From: Paraspadella gotoi
Lineage: Eukaryota; Animalia; Chaetognatha
Direction: 5' to 3'
DNA length: 64,000 bases
Assembly: GCA_051294375.1 (NCBI GenBank)
Contig: CM119269.1
Coordinates: 3,646,690-3,710,689 of the forward strand
Below the pieces are notes generated by a model that saw only the letters and a list, made by a program, of their open reading frames with translations, made no database searches and was not told where the DNA came from. How positions within the stretch are numbered: position 1 is the first letter of the stretch; the number at the start of each line of letters is the position of its first letter. The translations under genes were made by a program, and so were the position numbers. Below, piece by piece: positions 22,001-57,559 of this stretch.

Positions 22001-22485
22001 TCGGAATAATTTTCATTGAAAGTTAATGGTCATAAAGCTATGTACTCGTTGACTTTTTTGTATAAATTTTTAAAAATATTCAATATTCTCGAGTGAATTT
22101 ACTCATGATATTTTGATCAAGGACTAAAATCATTCTGTAAAAACGTATAAGAACAGAAAAATATCATTGAGGTGTACGTGTAAAATGCATATTCAATCTT
22201 TACAAATTTCAGTGCTAGAATTTAAAGTTTATAACGCGACTCAATCGGGAACTGGAGTATAATTCGCGAAAACTTTTAATTTTGCTATTTTGTCCTGCAA
22301 CAGTAACGATACATAAAATACAACACAGGGAAAGAGACATAAAATTGTCGTTGGCGAGAACATTCAAAATTAAAATGGACGGTAAATCAAATTTAAAAAT
22401 GCGTTGTATAAAACGAAAGAAAGAAAAAAAACAAAAAAAACAAAACAAAAGGGATGAGGTGACCCGATCGGATGAGCATTCAGTC

Positions 22486-42832
<20,347 letters not shown>

Positions 42833-43605
42833 CGTGGCTGGGAGAAGATGGAGCGAACGTTGACGAGCTTTTGCGGATCTCACACAGTTCGCGATTCATC
42901 ATTCGGCGAAAAGGAGAGGAGGATAAATCTGATGGTCTTGTCAATTGGTCAGAGGTGGGGGGGGGGAGGAGGANNNNNNNNNNNNNNNNNNNNNNNNNGC
43001 ATTCGCGAATTCCGCCGAATTATTATTCGTTGTTGTCGTCGTCCTTGACGGTTTTTCAAATTAATATCCGAGTTTATGCGAGTATTTTAGTTTAGTTTCT
43101 TGCTTTGGCAAGAGAATATGTATAAATTTATTTTTTTCTTTTGTTTTGTTTTATTTTTGGTATTTTTTTTTTAATTCCTCTAGTTGTCGCACAATGCAAA
43201 GATACGAAATTTTGTACTGAGAGAAAACCAAGCCCGCCAAGTTTTTTTTTTTTTTTTATTATATTAATTTTTTTAAAACTAGTCCACAAAACTTTTTTCA
43301 GTTAACCCGGAAGTAGTTAAAAATTTCCACAGCCATTATCGATTTTTTTTCGCAATTTCGGCAAAATAGAAACTAAAAAAAATATGAACATTCGAAAATC
43401 GAAAAAAAAAAGTTAATGGAAAGTAAGATCGGCGACGTTGCCGTTAGGTAAATCTGATGTCATGTCATGTCAGAGGGTGGGGGGGGGGAAGGAAGAAGAA
43501 AGGGGAATACTTCTCATGCAACGCCTTTCATGTTGCCTAACCGTATCTTGTCCTCTCTCGATCTGTCCTCGCCGTGTTTCCTCGTCTTCCCTCTGCTAAC
43601 CCCAC

Positions 43606-45802
43606 GGCAAGTGTCTACGAAATGGCTTTTTGTCAAGAAATGAACTGAATCTCCTGATTCTTTAAAAATATGATGATGAATTTTTAATTCTTTGGACTAA
43701 ATCAAAAGAGTGGCCAACAATGCGAGTAAATAAAACCATTCCTTTATAAAATTCGATACAGTAGAAAAGTTAGTTTTTAAGCAATTTTACTCTTCAAAAT
43801 CTTGTTATTTTTGTCCATTTCCAGTTTTGGCACTTATTTTCAAGGTGAAGATAGAAGAGAAATTTTTTTTACTTCGCTTTTGGTTTGCCTTCATGTTCTT
43901 TTCTACTGGGTAGAAGCATTTTTGTTTAATGATTCCCGTTTTGTCTGCAATGAATTTTTTAAAAATGTTCAGTCAAAAAAGGGCAATTTTTTTTCATTTC
44001 AATTATTTTCAACTAACTGAACATTATTTAAATTAATTTGAAACTAAATCAAAATATTCCCCACATGATAATGCTAATTATTTCTGTAATATAAAGAATA
44101 AGCTTCATTAGCGTTTTCTTAAAAAAATTTTTAAGATGTGCTTTGGAATTTGTGATTTTTTGTGATTGTAGTTTTTATTTGTTAATTTCGACTTTAGATT
44201 TAATTTGTTTTTATAAGTTTTATTAGTTGGACTAGTTATTATTCTTGTTTAAATCTTAAAAAACGCGCATCATTTTGCGGTTATCTTAAAGCACATCAAG
44301 GACAATTTATTTAATCTTTTTTTCCAAGTGTCGACAGCGATTTTGCGGAAAATTATTCCGAATCTGTCGACCTTTACTAAATCTGCTAAGCAACCAAAAG
44401 ATTAAAAAAAAAAATCGCGAGTTACGAATTATTTGAAGCATAAAACGCAAAAAAAATAAATAATACAGAAAAAAAAGAATAAAAGGAATAAAGAAGAGAA
44501 AATAGGAGAGAGAAAGTAAGAACAGAAAGAGAGTACAGATAAAAGAGAGAAGAGAGACGTTGTGAAAAAGTTTTTAATAAATAACAAACAATAGACTATA
44601 AAAATAAATGCAAAAAGTTAAAAAAAAATAACAACAACAACAAATACGTATTTACATTGGCTGAAAAAGGTCAGCCATAACAAGGTCATTCTGTTGGATA
44701 GCGAACGGTCATTCTTACTGACCACCTACGGGTCACCAAGTAGAAAGACTTCGTCGTCGTCTTCGTTAATTATATTGTCGTGCGTCGTCGTCTTTGTTCA
44801 AATCATTTTGAGCTCCAAAACGCAATGAAATTGACGGAGATGACTATTCAAATTTATTTATTTGAGAGAAAAATAGATTTGAATTGTTTTTTTTCAACGA
44901 ATTATAATTAGACAATTTGTAGTCGGACATGTTTTGGCTCTTTAGTTAGAGTCTTCAATCAGCGTTTTGGAAACAATCAAATAAAGTTTTTCCTTTTAAC
45001 ATTAAGTTATGAGAAGAGGAGAGAGACAGAGAGAGTTTTCTAAAGACTGGTTTTTCTCAGTTACCGTCATTTTTCGTTGCACCACTTCGTTCATCGATTC
45101 CGTTTATGCAATTATTTCATAACTTCGAAATACAAAGACTATTTTTCTACAAGCGTCGTGGGTTGTTAGTGGTGGCAATATTAAACGAAGTGGAGTCCGA
45201 GGAGTGGTTCAAATTTAATTGTTGCTATTCTGGCCTAATTCTTTATTTCCTCCTCCCTCCCTTTCCTCCTCTTATTTTTCCCTCTCTCTCGTCTCTCTCA
45301 CGATCTCTCTCGTCTCTCTCTCTGCTCTCTCTCATTTTCTCTTTCTGTCGGCGTTCCAGGACCCCCAGGCGTATCCGCCACCCCAGTTAAGTTGGAGGAG
45401 AGAGAAGAGAAAGAAAAAGAAGAAAGAAAGAGAGAAAAGAGAAGAGAAAGAAAGAAAGAGAGAAAGGAGAAGATTAGATTTAAATTTTAAAACTACGCTC
45501 CATTTCCTTCTCAATTTTTAACCAATTAGTTGACGTAGATTTCGTAACTCGATAGTTAAAATAGATTTTTCAACTCACAATTAGTTTCAAAAACTCTGAA
45601 AGAACTTTTGTCGTAGCGAATTTTGAAGTAATAGAAGAAGCAAGCAGTGTGTTTTGTGCTTAATGACAGATGTAGATAACTATTCCAAATCGATTTTTAA
45701 AGTCAAGAAAATGACCAAAGAATCCAACGAGACACTAAAAGTAGTAATTTTTAGCAGTTAGAAATCAATGGTTTAAGAAAAGGCGTTTCGTAGACAACTG
45801 CC
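43606..45802. mobile_element. 2.2-kb non-autonomous TIR DNA transposon
   Basis: TIRs GGCAAGTGTCTACGAAATGGCTTTT and AAAAGGCGTTTCGTAGACAACTGCC; TSD-like CCCAC/CCTAC; absent from the paralogous site at ~51337; no transposase ORF. Confidence 0.8.
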
Positions 45803-45949
45803 CCTACACAAGAGGATCTCTCACCCCCTTGCCCAACGCGCCGGGGCTTTTTCGGCTCAATCGTCTTTTCCCCGGGCGGCGACGCGGAAGAAGTCGCCGG
45901 GTTGGACGCTTTTTCCTTATTTTTTTATGATACTTCCTAGGAGAGAGAC

Positions 45950-46174
<225 letters not shown>

Positions 46175-48643
46175 GTTTTCTTCGGTAAATAATGACCGCC
46201 AAAGAAGTAATTCTGATGGTTTTCGTCTCTTCGTTCCGTTTGGTCGTCGGTCGTTGTATTAGTTTTTAACTTGGATTGCCAATGTACACAGAATTATAAC
46301 ATAGTCAAGATTTTTAAAAAACAATGGTGGTTTGTAGAAGAGCAAAAAATGTCCGAATACTAGGCTCGATCTTTCGTTTCCTTTTCTATAAGACGCCGGG
46401 TTCCAAAAAAACTGTTCCATTCATGCAGAAAACTTTATCGCTTTTAAGGTAAAGACGGTTCATGAAAGCAAAAATGATGAGCTTCAAAGTCAAAAAAGAA
46501 CCAACGATCGACACGGTTTTTTTCTCTCCTTTGCTTTGTCAAATCATTTTTTTAGCAAAACTCCTCTTTTTTTTTCTTAGAAGACTCTAAAGGAACTAAG
46601 GGAATCAATGTATCTGACAGTTTATTTTTATATACTCTCGTCTCTTTCAAACAAAGAAAGGGAAAAGTGCGGATAGATCCGTAGGGCCGAGATTTTTCAT
46701 TTTCCGCGGTGGGACAACGAGAGGAAGAAAAATTAAAAATAGATCCGCGAGGAGGAGGCTGGGGGGGGGGGCGGAAGGAAGAAGGAAAGGAGAGTTCTAA
46801 GATTTCGGAGGAAAGAAAAGGATTCGTTTCTTTTTTGGATAATCAGAGCCGTTGCCAAAGGCTTACAAGCTTACAACTATTTTAAAATCTAACCAATTTA
46901 GAAAACAATTTAAAGATATTCAACACAATTAACTTATACTTATTGAACAATACTGCTTTATGACTAGATGAATATTTTTTTTTTATACTTTTTTCAGCGT
47001 TCGCCATGTAAAAGATGCTATTTTGCTTACGCGAGTTCATTCTAATTCGGCATGTAGTGTCGGCTACTGGTCTCCTGATATTTTACGTTTAAGCTACCAA
47101 CAAATGAAACATCGGCACAGCATTGGCGACGTTTTTCCTTAGAATGTAAAATTAAAATTCTTCTTAATATAGCTATTTGCCACTTTGTGCTTTGGTACAG
47201 CTATCTTTACAGTAATGAATGCAGTCTGATTTCATACTCTCTCACAGTCGTTACACTAGATAACCTGCTTCTTCATGATGGAATTTTTGTTATTTATTTT
47301 TCTATAATCGTCTCTGAGTTTTAGCACCAAAAAAATAATATATAAATATAAGTAAATTAAAAACTGAAATACAAAATTAATATCTGAGTCCTTAATCTTG
47401 ATAATAATACAAATTTTAATTTTATCCTTTAACTTTACTGAAATTTTCATCAAGAAAAATTCGTCTAATCGAGAAATTTGATTAAAGATCGTTCACTGTT
47501 TGCAATTACTTACCCATTACTACCAATTACTTACCATCCCAGGGTCGATAAATTTCGTCCCTCCGAGTCTCATCTCGCTATTAATTTTCAACTCACCATC
47601 TCTGTCCAAGCTACTTCTTAGTCTTACATTCAATTTTTGTTCTCGCCTTTCCTCTTCTCCTTTTTTCATCCCTGCTTCTGCTTCTTCCAACTTTGTGTCT
47701 TTTGTTTGCAGAAGGCCAAAGTTTAAACCGACTGGATTCGAGAGAGGCGCCCTCGCCCTTTGATCTCCGCCGACAACCGCGGTCGCCGGGGGTTTTTTGA
47801 CTCTGCGGACCGCCAGGGGGTCTTCATCTATCGAGAGGGGGGGGTGGGGGGCAATGGAAAAGGGAGAAAAAAGAAGCGGCTGTACGGTCGTGGCGCAGGA
47901 GCCTTTTTCACTGTTGAATGTCCGTTTCTTCTTACTCGCAAGTGTTACTGTAAAGAATTTTTTTTTTCTTTGTTTGTCCCCATTCTGTCTCGCAACAAAT
48001 CCGCACGCTCTGTCATAGCCTGGACGTAACATTGAAGACGTCTGACTCTTGAACATTTATGGTATGAAACCATGTAAGACACTTAAGACTAAAAAGAAAT
48101 CGCTTGATGGTCCGTTGGTACGTGTCCCTAAGTGTCCCTATTAATCCCTCTCTCTCTCTCTATCTCTCGTCATCTCTCTCTCTCGTCTCTCTCTCTCTCT
48201 CTCCGTCCTCCCTACGCGTCGACGCTTCCTTGCTTCAAGTTTAAAATAAATCATCCGAAGACAAACAGAAGGCAAAGCTTGGCGCTGCGGCTGGCGTCTA
48301 CTTTTTCTTCGTACGCCGGGTTTTATTTTTTTAAAAAAAAATTCTTCTGTCGACGTCGTCGGCGACGGCGTCGTAGTAGAGATCCACAACAAATCTCGTG
48401 GACATGTTTTCGGTTCACACTAATTAAATTCTAGGAAGTTCTTGACTCTCCCAAGCCTGATGATATCGAGAGAGTGACTTTCTAAAAGGGCTTTCTTTTT
48501 TAAGGGAGCAAGGGTGTATTTTTTAAACGAAGGAGAAGGTTTGGGCCTTTGAATTAGTTTATTAATTAATAGGCTTATGGCGTTATAAGTCATGGACCTC
48601 ACAGGGAGTTCTCTCTCGTCTCTCTCTCTCCTCTCTCGTCTCT

Positions 48644-48680
<37 letters not shown>

Positions 48681-48864
48681 CCCTCACTCAAAAGCCGTTT
48701 CACTGCTACCGTCCCGAAAACTTCAAGGGAAGCCCGCGCAATTCGCTCCCTCCGACCGATAAGAACGAGTAAAGGTAAGTGAAGGTAAGCGTGGAAAGAA
48801 AGGGAGAGTAGTAAAGAAATCCTCTCTTTTTCTCTTTTCGTCTAAAACTTTTCCCTTTCATTTC

Positions 48865-48962
48865 ATTGGTCGAGGGTCTTTTTGTCTCGTTCGGTGATTG
48901 GTCGTCTAGTCCAATGCGCCGACGGCGCGATTCGTCGGCGTCGCTTTCTTATTCGTGATTGG
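48865..48962. promoter_or_regulatory. CCAAT-box cluster (NF-Y-type promoter), repeated at ~54050 and ~55480
   Basis: ATTGG at 48865, 48897 and 48958 and CCAAT at 48911 in a CpG-rich patch; tandem GTAAGT/GTAAGC donor-like sites just upstream. Confidence 0.4.
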
Positions 48963-49515
48963 ACGCGAACTCGGGATCTTGGGTTTCCGATTCGCTAGAA
49001 GATATCATCGCCGACGAGGCCACGCGCTCAGCTCAACTTTTGATAAGGTAATATAGCGGACGAGTGGAAAGTCAACATTGGTCGGCAAACATGTCAACAA
49101 GGTGACTCGCGAAAGAAGCGATTGTCCAAAATAGAAGCCTTTTAATTGGATGAGGGAAAGGCCAGGCAATTCGAGGCAGGGTGCTGAGCAACTGGGTAGC
49201 GATTGTTCGAAATAAGCGTTAGTTTGTCTAATGTCGTATATGACGTGCTTACAAATGTTATTAAATGTCGTTCATCGATCCAACGAAGTCGTTCCAACAA
49301 AAGACCGAAATCAACGAGCTTCGTTCCAACCAAGTCCCGAACCTTGGAAGTCCGTTACAAGGTCGGAAACCACAACCGCGCGCCCGGTCCACTTCTGCCT
49401 GGATGCCACCTGAGTCGGCTTCAACGATTCGGACAAAAACGGAAAGTAAAACCAAACAAACATAGGGAGCACGAAGGAAGAGGAGAGAAGAGAATCCAGT
49501 CTTTTATTAGACAAT

Positions 49516-49548
<33 letters not shown>

Positions 49549-51460
49549 TCTCTCTCTCTCTCCTCTTCTTCTTCTCTCTCTCTCCCGTCTCTCTCTCTCT
49601 CTCCACACACACTCAATTCCGAATCCCCCAAATCATCAGCCCCGACTTTCTGCTGTTGCTTTCCGGTTCGCAAGGTTTTTGCCCTTTTGGGAATCTATCA
49701 TTAACCCTTTTTTATTTTTCCACTCGAGGCGAGGAAAAGCAAGGAAAAAGGCTAAAACATGGGCAAGGCTCCTCGACAAAATTTCAATGAAATCATTTTT
49801 GGGTTCCCAGTTCGCTTTTTTTTATTTTTGCATGCTTTCAATTTCCCGTGAAACGCCCCTTATCGGTCCAAATTTTAGTTTTCCATAATTGTCCTTGAGT
49901 ACAAAATGTAATACTAACGCGCTTTGGTACTTCACAACCAAGAAAATATTATTTTCTTTTAATTACAAGGATAATTTCCTTGAAAAAATTAAATGTGCCC
50001 GAACTTCTTGCGTTTCTTGGAATAATATGAAGGGAGGTTAGAAATCCGTTGGGGTGAACCTCTTTGGTCAAGGCGGAAAGAAGGGCGGGGAAGGGGGATT
50101 CAGAACCTATCACGCCCACGACTAACCGCTTGCCACCCGTTCCCCAACCCCCCTCCGAAGAACCTAAGGTGGTCCGATGTTCAAATCCCACCCCCGCGGC
50201 GACAATAAAGGTTCGCGCTTCCGTCGGATTGAGTTCCTTCGAGACTTTTCGTTTTCCCTCGTCCCCGGTAAGGGAAGTCGTCGCAGGCGTTGGGTGGGTT
50301 GGTCCGGAAATGTGAGGCAGTTTGTGGTTTTGGAAAATATTAACTGGGTCGGAAATGAGGGATGCTGGTTTAAACGTGCGAAATGTGGGATCTGGTGGAA
50401 AAATACGGGAATTGGGCTTGGGTGAAAAAACCTGGGTATGGGCGTTTGGTTTTGAAAATTACGTGCGAAGGCGCAAGAATCGATTGGACTGCGTAGCACG
50501 GATGCCTCTTATCAATTAAGACTGGAACGTAATTTTTTTTGTTTGAGAAATTTAAGTTTAATGATAATAGAAAAATCGGGTTATAATAATCCATAATGGT
50601 AAGAATAGATAAAGAAACAGAAAGGTCGAAATGGTTTCTTGGAGGCTTACTAGGGCCGCCCATAGTGCAACCTCGTAAAGCAAAATTTATGGCCATTTGG
50701 AAAAAAGCTATTTTATAAATGAATAAAAGATTCATTAAAATCGACCAGCGGAATTTATTAATAAGACTGCTCACTTCGAGTCCTAAACATTTTTTCCCGT
50801 CTGCCCGAAGACGCCGAATCTCTCTTTTCATTTAATCGATTCTTCAACTTCTTTCATTTGAAGAAAAGGAAAAAACGTAGGAAAAGAACAAATCCCGAAT
50901 CGATTCTTGGGGAAAGGATCGCCATTGATCACAAATCATGTACGGAATGAACGTCCGTCGTCCTCTTCGTCTCGTCGTTCCTTCATCCAATCAATCATCG
51001 TCGTCCCGTCGTCTTTCATAAATCTAATCGAGATCCTGTGTAAAAAAACAAGAATTGAACCAACCATTACGTTCGGTTCCTTTTGATCTTTTCTTTTCAG
51101 AAAACGCCTTTCCTTGCTTATTCTTTTTTGTTTTTTTTTTCCCCCTTCTCCCCCTCCTCCCTCCTCTCTCCTCTTCTTCCTTCCTCTCTCTCGTCTCTTC
51201 TCTCCTCCTCCTCTCTCTCCTCTCTATCTCGAAGGGGGAATACTTCTCATGGCAACGCCTTTCATGTTGCCAACCGTATCTGTCTCTCTCGATCTTTCCT
51301 CGCCGTGTTTTCCTCCGTCTCCCTCTCTAACGCCCACACAAGAGGATCTCCACCCCCTGCCCCAACGCGCCCGGGGCTTTTCGGCTCAATCGTCTTTTCC
51401 CCGGGCGGCGACGCGGAAGAAGTCCCGGGTGCTTTTTCCTTATTTTTTATGGATACTTCC

Positions 51461-51577
<117 letters not shown>

Positions 51578-53370
51578 CTTTCTTGGTAAATAATGACCCC
51601 AAAGAAGTAATCTGATGGTTTTCGTCTCTTCGTTCCGTTTGTCGTCGTCGTTGTATTAGTTTTTAACTTGTTTGCCAATGTACAGATTACAACATAGTCA
51701 AGATTTTTAAAAACAAATGGTGTTTGTAGAAGAAGCAAAAAAATGTCCGAATACCTAGGCTCGATCTCGTTTCCTTTTCTATAAGACGCCGGGTCCCAAA
51801 AAACTGTTCCATTCATCAGAAAACTTTATCGCTTTTAGGTAAAGACGGTTCTGAAAAGAAAAATGATGGAGCTCAAAGTCAAAGAAGAACCAACGACTCG
51901 GAACAGGTTTTTTCTCCTTTGACTTTGTCAAACTCATTTTTTTTACAAAACTCTCTTTTTTTTTTCTTAGAAGACTTTAAAGGGCAACTAAGGGAATCAA
52001 TGTATCTGACGTTTATTTTTATATACTCTCGTCTCTTCAAACAGAAAGGGAAAAGTCGGATAGATCCACGGCCGAGATTTTCATTTTCCGCGTGGGACAC
52101 GAAGAAGGAAGAAAATTTAAAAATAGATCCGAGGAGGCTGGGGAGGCTGGGGAGGGGGCGGCGGAGGAAGAAGGAAAGGAGGTTCTAGATTTCGGAGGAA
52201 AGAAAAGGATTTCGTTTCTTTTTTGGATAATCAGAGCCGTTGCCAAGGCTTACAAGCTTACAACTATTTTAAATCTACCAATTTAGAAAACAATTTAAAG
52301 ATACAAACACAATTACTTATACTTATGAAACAATACTGCTTTATGACTAGATGAATATTTTTTTTTATACTTTTTTCACTTCGCCATGTAAAGACTGCTA
52401 TTTTGCTTACGAGTTCATTCTAATTCGGCATGTAGTGTCGCTACTGGTCTCCTGATATTTTAACGTTTACTACCAACAAATGAACATCGGCACAGCCATT
52501 GGCGACGTTTTCCTTATATTACTTGTTATTTGTTATTTGTTATTTGTTTTCTATGAATGTCTTTATTCTTTCCGAGTTTAGCACCAAAAAAATAATATAT
52601 AAATAAAGTAATTAAAAAACTGAAATACAAATTAATATCTGAAGTCTTAATCTTGATAAATAATAAAATTTTAATTTTATCTTTAACTTACTGAATTTTC
52701 ATCAAGAAAAATTCGTTCTATCGAGAAATTTGATTAAAGATCGTTCACTGTTTGCCAATTACTTACCCATTACTTACCAATTACTTACCCATCCCAGGGT
52801 CGATAAATTTCGTCCCTCCGAGTCTCCTCTCGCTATTATTTTCACTCACCATCTCTGTCAAGCTACTTCTTAGTTCTTACATTCAATTTTTGTTCTCCGC
52901 TTCTGCTTCTCCCTTTTTTCCCGCTTCTGCTTCTTCCACTTTGTGTCTTTTGTTTGCAGAAGCCAAAGTTAAAACTCGACTGGATTCGAGAGAGGCGCCC
53001 TCGCCCTTTGATCTCCGCCGACACCGCGTCGCCGGGGGTTTTTGACTCTCGGAACCGCCAGGGGTCTTCATCTATCGAGAGGGGGGTGGGGGCATGGGAA
53101 AAGGGAGAAAAAAGAAGCGCTGTACGGTCGTGGCGCAGGAGCTTTTCTATTGAATGTCCGTTTCTTCTTTACTCGCAAGTGTTACTGTAAGAATTTTTTT
53201 TTCTTTGTTTGTCCCCATTCTGTCTCCACAATCCGCCGCTCTGTCATGCTGGACGAACATTGAAGACGTCTTGACTCTTGAACATTATGGTATTGAAACC
53301 ATGAAGACACTTAAGACTAAAAAGAAAATCGCTTGAGGCCTTGGAACGTGTCCCTAAGTGTCCCTATTAA

Positions 53371-53420
<50 letters not shown>

Positions 53421-53815
53421 CTCGCGGTCGACGCTTCCTTGCTTCAGTTTAAAATAAAATCATCCGAAAGACAAAGCAGAAGGGAAAAGCTATGGCGTGC
53501 GAGCGGCGTCTAACTTTTCTTCGTAACGCCGGGTTATTTTTCTTTTAAAAAAAAAATTCTTCTGTCGACGTCGTCGGCGACGGCGTCCTAGTAGAGATCC
53601 CACAAAATCTCGTGGAATGTTTTCGGTTCACACTAATTAAATTCTAGGAGTTCTTGACTCTCCCAACCTGATGATATCGAAGAGAGTGACTTTCTAAAAG
53701 GGCTTTCTTTTTAGGGAGCAAGGTGTTATTTTAAACGAAGGAGAAGTAGTTTGGCCTTGATTAGTTTATTAATTAATAGGCTTATGGCGTTATAAGTCAT
53801 GGACCTCACAGGGAG

Positions 53816-53869
<54 letters not shown>

Positions 53870-56107
53870 CTCACTCAAAAGCCGTTTCACTGCTACCGTC
53901 CCGAAACTTCAAAGGGAAGCCGCGCAATTCGCTCCCCTCGAACCGATAAGACGAGTAAAGGTAAGTGAAGGTAAGCGGTGAAGAAAGGGAGAGTGAGTAA
54001 AGAAATCCTCTCTTTCTTCTCTTTCGTCTAAAACTTTCCCTTTCATTTCATTGGTCGAGGGTCTTTTTGTCTCGTTCGTGATTGGTCGTTCTAGTCCAAT
54101 CGCCGACGCGCGATTCGTCGCGTCGCCTTTCTTATTCGTGATTGGACGCGAACTCGGGATCTTGGGTTTCGATTCGCTAGAAGATATCATCGCCGACGAG
54201 GCACGGCGCTCTCAACTTTTGATAAGGTAATATAGCGACGAGTGGAAGTCAACATTGTCGGCAAACATGTCAACAAGGTGACTCGCGAAAGAAGCGATTG
54301 TCAAAATAGAAGCCTTTAATTGGATGAGGGAAAGGCCAGGCAATTCGAGGCAGTGAAATGTGAAATCGTAGCCTTATCCAAATGTTATTCAAATGTCGTT
54401 CATCGATCCAACGAAGTCGGTTCCAACAAAGACCGAATCAACGAGCTTCGTTCCAACCAAGTCCGAACCTTGGAAGTCCGTTACAAAGTCGGAACCACAA
54501 CCGCCGCCCGAAAAGAGAGAGAATTTTAACTCGCAAGTGTTACTGTAAGAATTTTTTTTTCTTTGTTTGTCCCCATTCTGTCCCACAATCCGCGATCTGT
54601 CATGGCCTGGACGTAACATTGAAGACGTCTTGACTCTTGAACATTATGGTATGAAAACGCAATGTAAGACACTTCAAGACTAAAAAAGAAAATCGCTTGA
54701 GGCCTTGGGAACGTGTTCCCTAAGTTCCCTATTAATCCCTCTCTCTCTCTCTTCTCTCTTCCTCTCTCTCTCTCTCTCGTCTCTCTCTCTCTCTCTCTCC
54801 TCGGCGCGTCGACGCTTCGCTTGCTTCAGTTTAAAATAAAATCATCCGAAGACAAAGCAGAAGGGCGAAAAGCTTGGCGCTGCGAGCGGCGTCTAACTTT
54901 TCTTCGTACGCCGGGTTATTTTTCTTTTAAAAAAAAAAATTCTTCTGTCGACGTCGTCGGCGACGGCGTCCTAGTAGAGATCCCACAAAATCTCGTGGAA
55001 ATGTTTTCGGTTCACACTAATTAAATTCTAGGAAGTTCTTGATCTCCCAAACCTGTGAATATCGAAGAGAGTGACTTTCTAAAAAGGGCTTTCTTTTTAG
55101 GGAGCAAGGTGTTTATTTTAAACGAGGAGAAGTGTTTGGCCTTTGATTAGTTTATTAAATTAATAGCTTATGGCGTTATAAAGTCATGAGACCTCACAGG
55201 GAGTCTCTCTCTCATCTCTCATCTCTCTCCTCTCTCTCTCATCTCTCTCCTCTCTCTCCTCTCTCTCTCTCTCTTCTCTCCCTCCACTACAAAAGCCGTT
55301 TCAACTGCTACCTGCCCGAAAACTCAAAGGGAAGCCGCGCAAGTTCGTCCCCTCGAACCGATAAGACGAGTAAAGGTAAGTGAAGGTAAAAGCGTGAAGA
55401 AAGGGAAGTGAGTAAAAGAAATTCCTCTCTTTCTTCCTTCCGTCTAAAACTTTTCCTCTTATCATTCTCATTGTCGAGGGTCTTTTTGTCTCGTTCGTGA
55501 TTGGTCGTTCTAGTCCAATCGCCGACAGCGCGAATTCGTCGCGTCGCGCTATTGCTTAATTCGTGATTGGAAGACGCGAACATCGGGATCTTGGGTTTCG
55601 ATTCGCGTAGAAGATATCATCGGCCGAGAGGCACGGCGGCTCACAACTTTTGAATAAGGTATATAGCGAAGAGTGGGAAGCTCAACATTGTCGGGCAAAC
55701 ATGATCACAAGGTGACTCGCGAAAGAAGCGATTGTCAAAAATAGAAGCCTTTTATTGGATGAGGGAAAGGCGCAGGCAAAGTTCGAGGCCAGTGAAATGT
55801 GAAAGTCGTAGCCTTATCCAAATGTTATTATTTCAAATGTCGTTTCATCGATCCAACGAAGTCGGTTCCAACAAAAGACCGAATCAACGAGCTTTCGTTC
55901 CAACCAAGTCCGAACCTTGGAAAGTCCGTTACAAAGTCGGAACCACAACCGCCGCCCGCCGTCCACTTCTGCCTGGATGCCACTGAGTCGCTTCACACGA
56001 TTCGGACAACAAAACGGAAGTAAAGAAACAAACAATAGGGGAGGAAGGCAAGTAGATGGAGAGCAAGAGGAAGGAAGGGAGAGAAGAGAATACCAAGTCT
56101 TTATTAG

Positions 56108-56203
<96 letters not shown>

Positions 56204-57513
56204 TCTCTCACACNNNNNNNNNNNNNNNNNNNNNNNNNTCAATTCGATCCCCCAAATCCAGCCCCCGATCTTCTCTGTTTGCTTCCGTCGCAGGTTTTGC
56301 CTTTGATCTATCACTTACCTCTTTTTATTTTCCACTCGAGGCGAGGAAAAGCAAGGAAAGGTAAAAACATGGCAAGGCTCCTCGAAAAATTTCAATGATC
56401 AATTTTGGTCAGTCGCTTTTTATTTTGCTTTCAATTTCGTGACGCCCTATATCGGTCAAATTTAGTTTTCCATATGTCTGAGTACAATGTAATATACGCT
56501 GTACTTCACACCAAGATATTATTTTCTTTTAATTACAAAGGATATTCTTGATAAAATTAATGTTGCCAACTTCTTCGTTTCTGATAATTATGAAGGAGGT
56601 TAGATCGTTGGTGACCTCTGGTCAAGGCGGAGAAGGGCGGAAGGGGTGATTCAAACTATCACGCCACGACTACCGCTCCACCGTCCAACCCCCCCTCCGA
56701 GACCTAAGGTGGTCCGAGTTCATCCACCCCGCGGCGACAATAAGGTCGCGGCTTCCGTCGATTGAGTCTTCGAGACTTTCGTTTCCTCGTCCGCGGTAGG
56801 GAAGTCGTCGCGGCGTGGGTGGGTGGTCGGAAATGTGGGCAGTTGTGGTTTGGAAAAATTAACTGTGGTCGGAAATGTGGGCAGTTGTGGTTTGGAAAAA
56901 TTAACTGTGGTCGGAAAGATGCGTCCAAGGATCAAATCGATACTTGGAAACTGTTCGTAGCAGCGCGATGCGCTCTTATCATTAAGACTGGACGTGAATT
57001 TGTTTGAGAAATTAAGTTTAGATAAATAAGAAAATCGGTTATAATAATCATAATGGTAAGAAGTAAGAACAGAAGGTCGAAATGTTACTTGAGGCTTACT
57101 AGGGCGTCGCAAAATACGTCGAAAAAGGCAATTTTGCCATCTGGAAAAGCTATTTATAAATGAATAAAAAGATCATTAAAATCACCAGCGGATATTAGAC
57201 TGACTCACTGAGTCTAAACAGTTTCGTCTTCGAAACGCGATCTCTCTTTTCATTTAATCGATTCTTCAACTTCTTCCATTTGAAGAAAAGGAAACGAGGG
57301 AAAAGAAATCCGATCGATACTTGGGGAAAGGATCGCCATTGATCACAAATCATGTACGGATGAACGTCGTCGTCTTCGTCGTCGTCGTCTTCATCATCAT
57401 CATCGTCGTCGTCGTCTTCATCAAATCTAAATCGAGATCCTGTGTAAAAAACAAGATGAACAACCATTACGTTCGGTTCCTTTGATCTTTTCTTTTCAGA
57501 CGCCTCTGCTATT

Positions 57514-57559
<46 letters not shown>

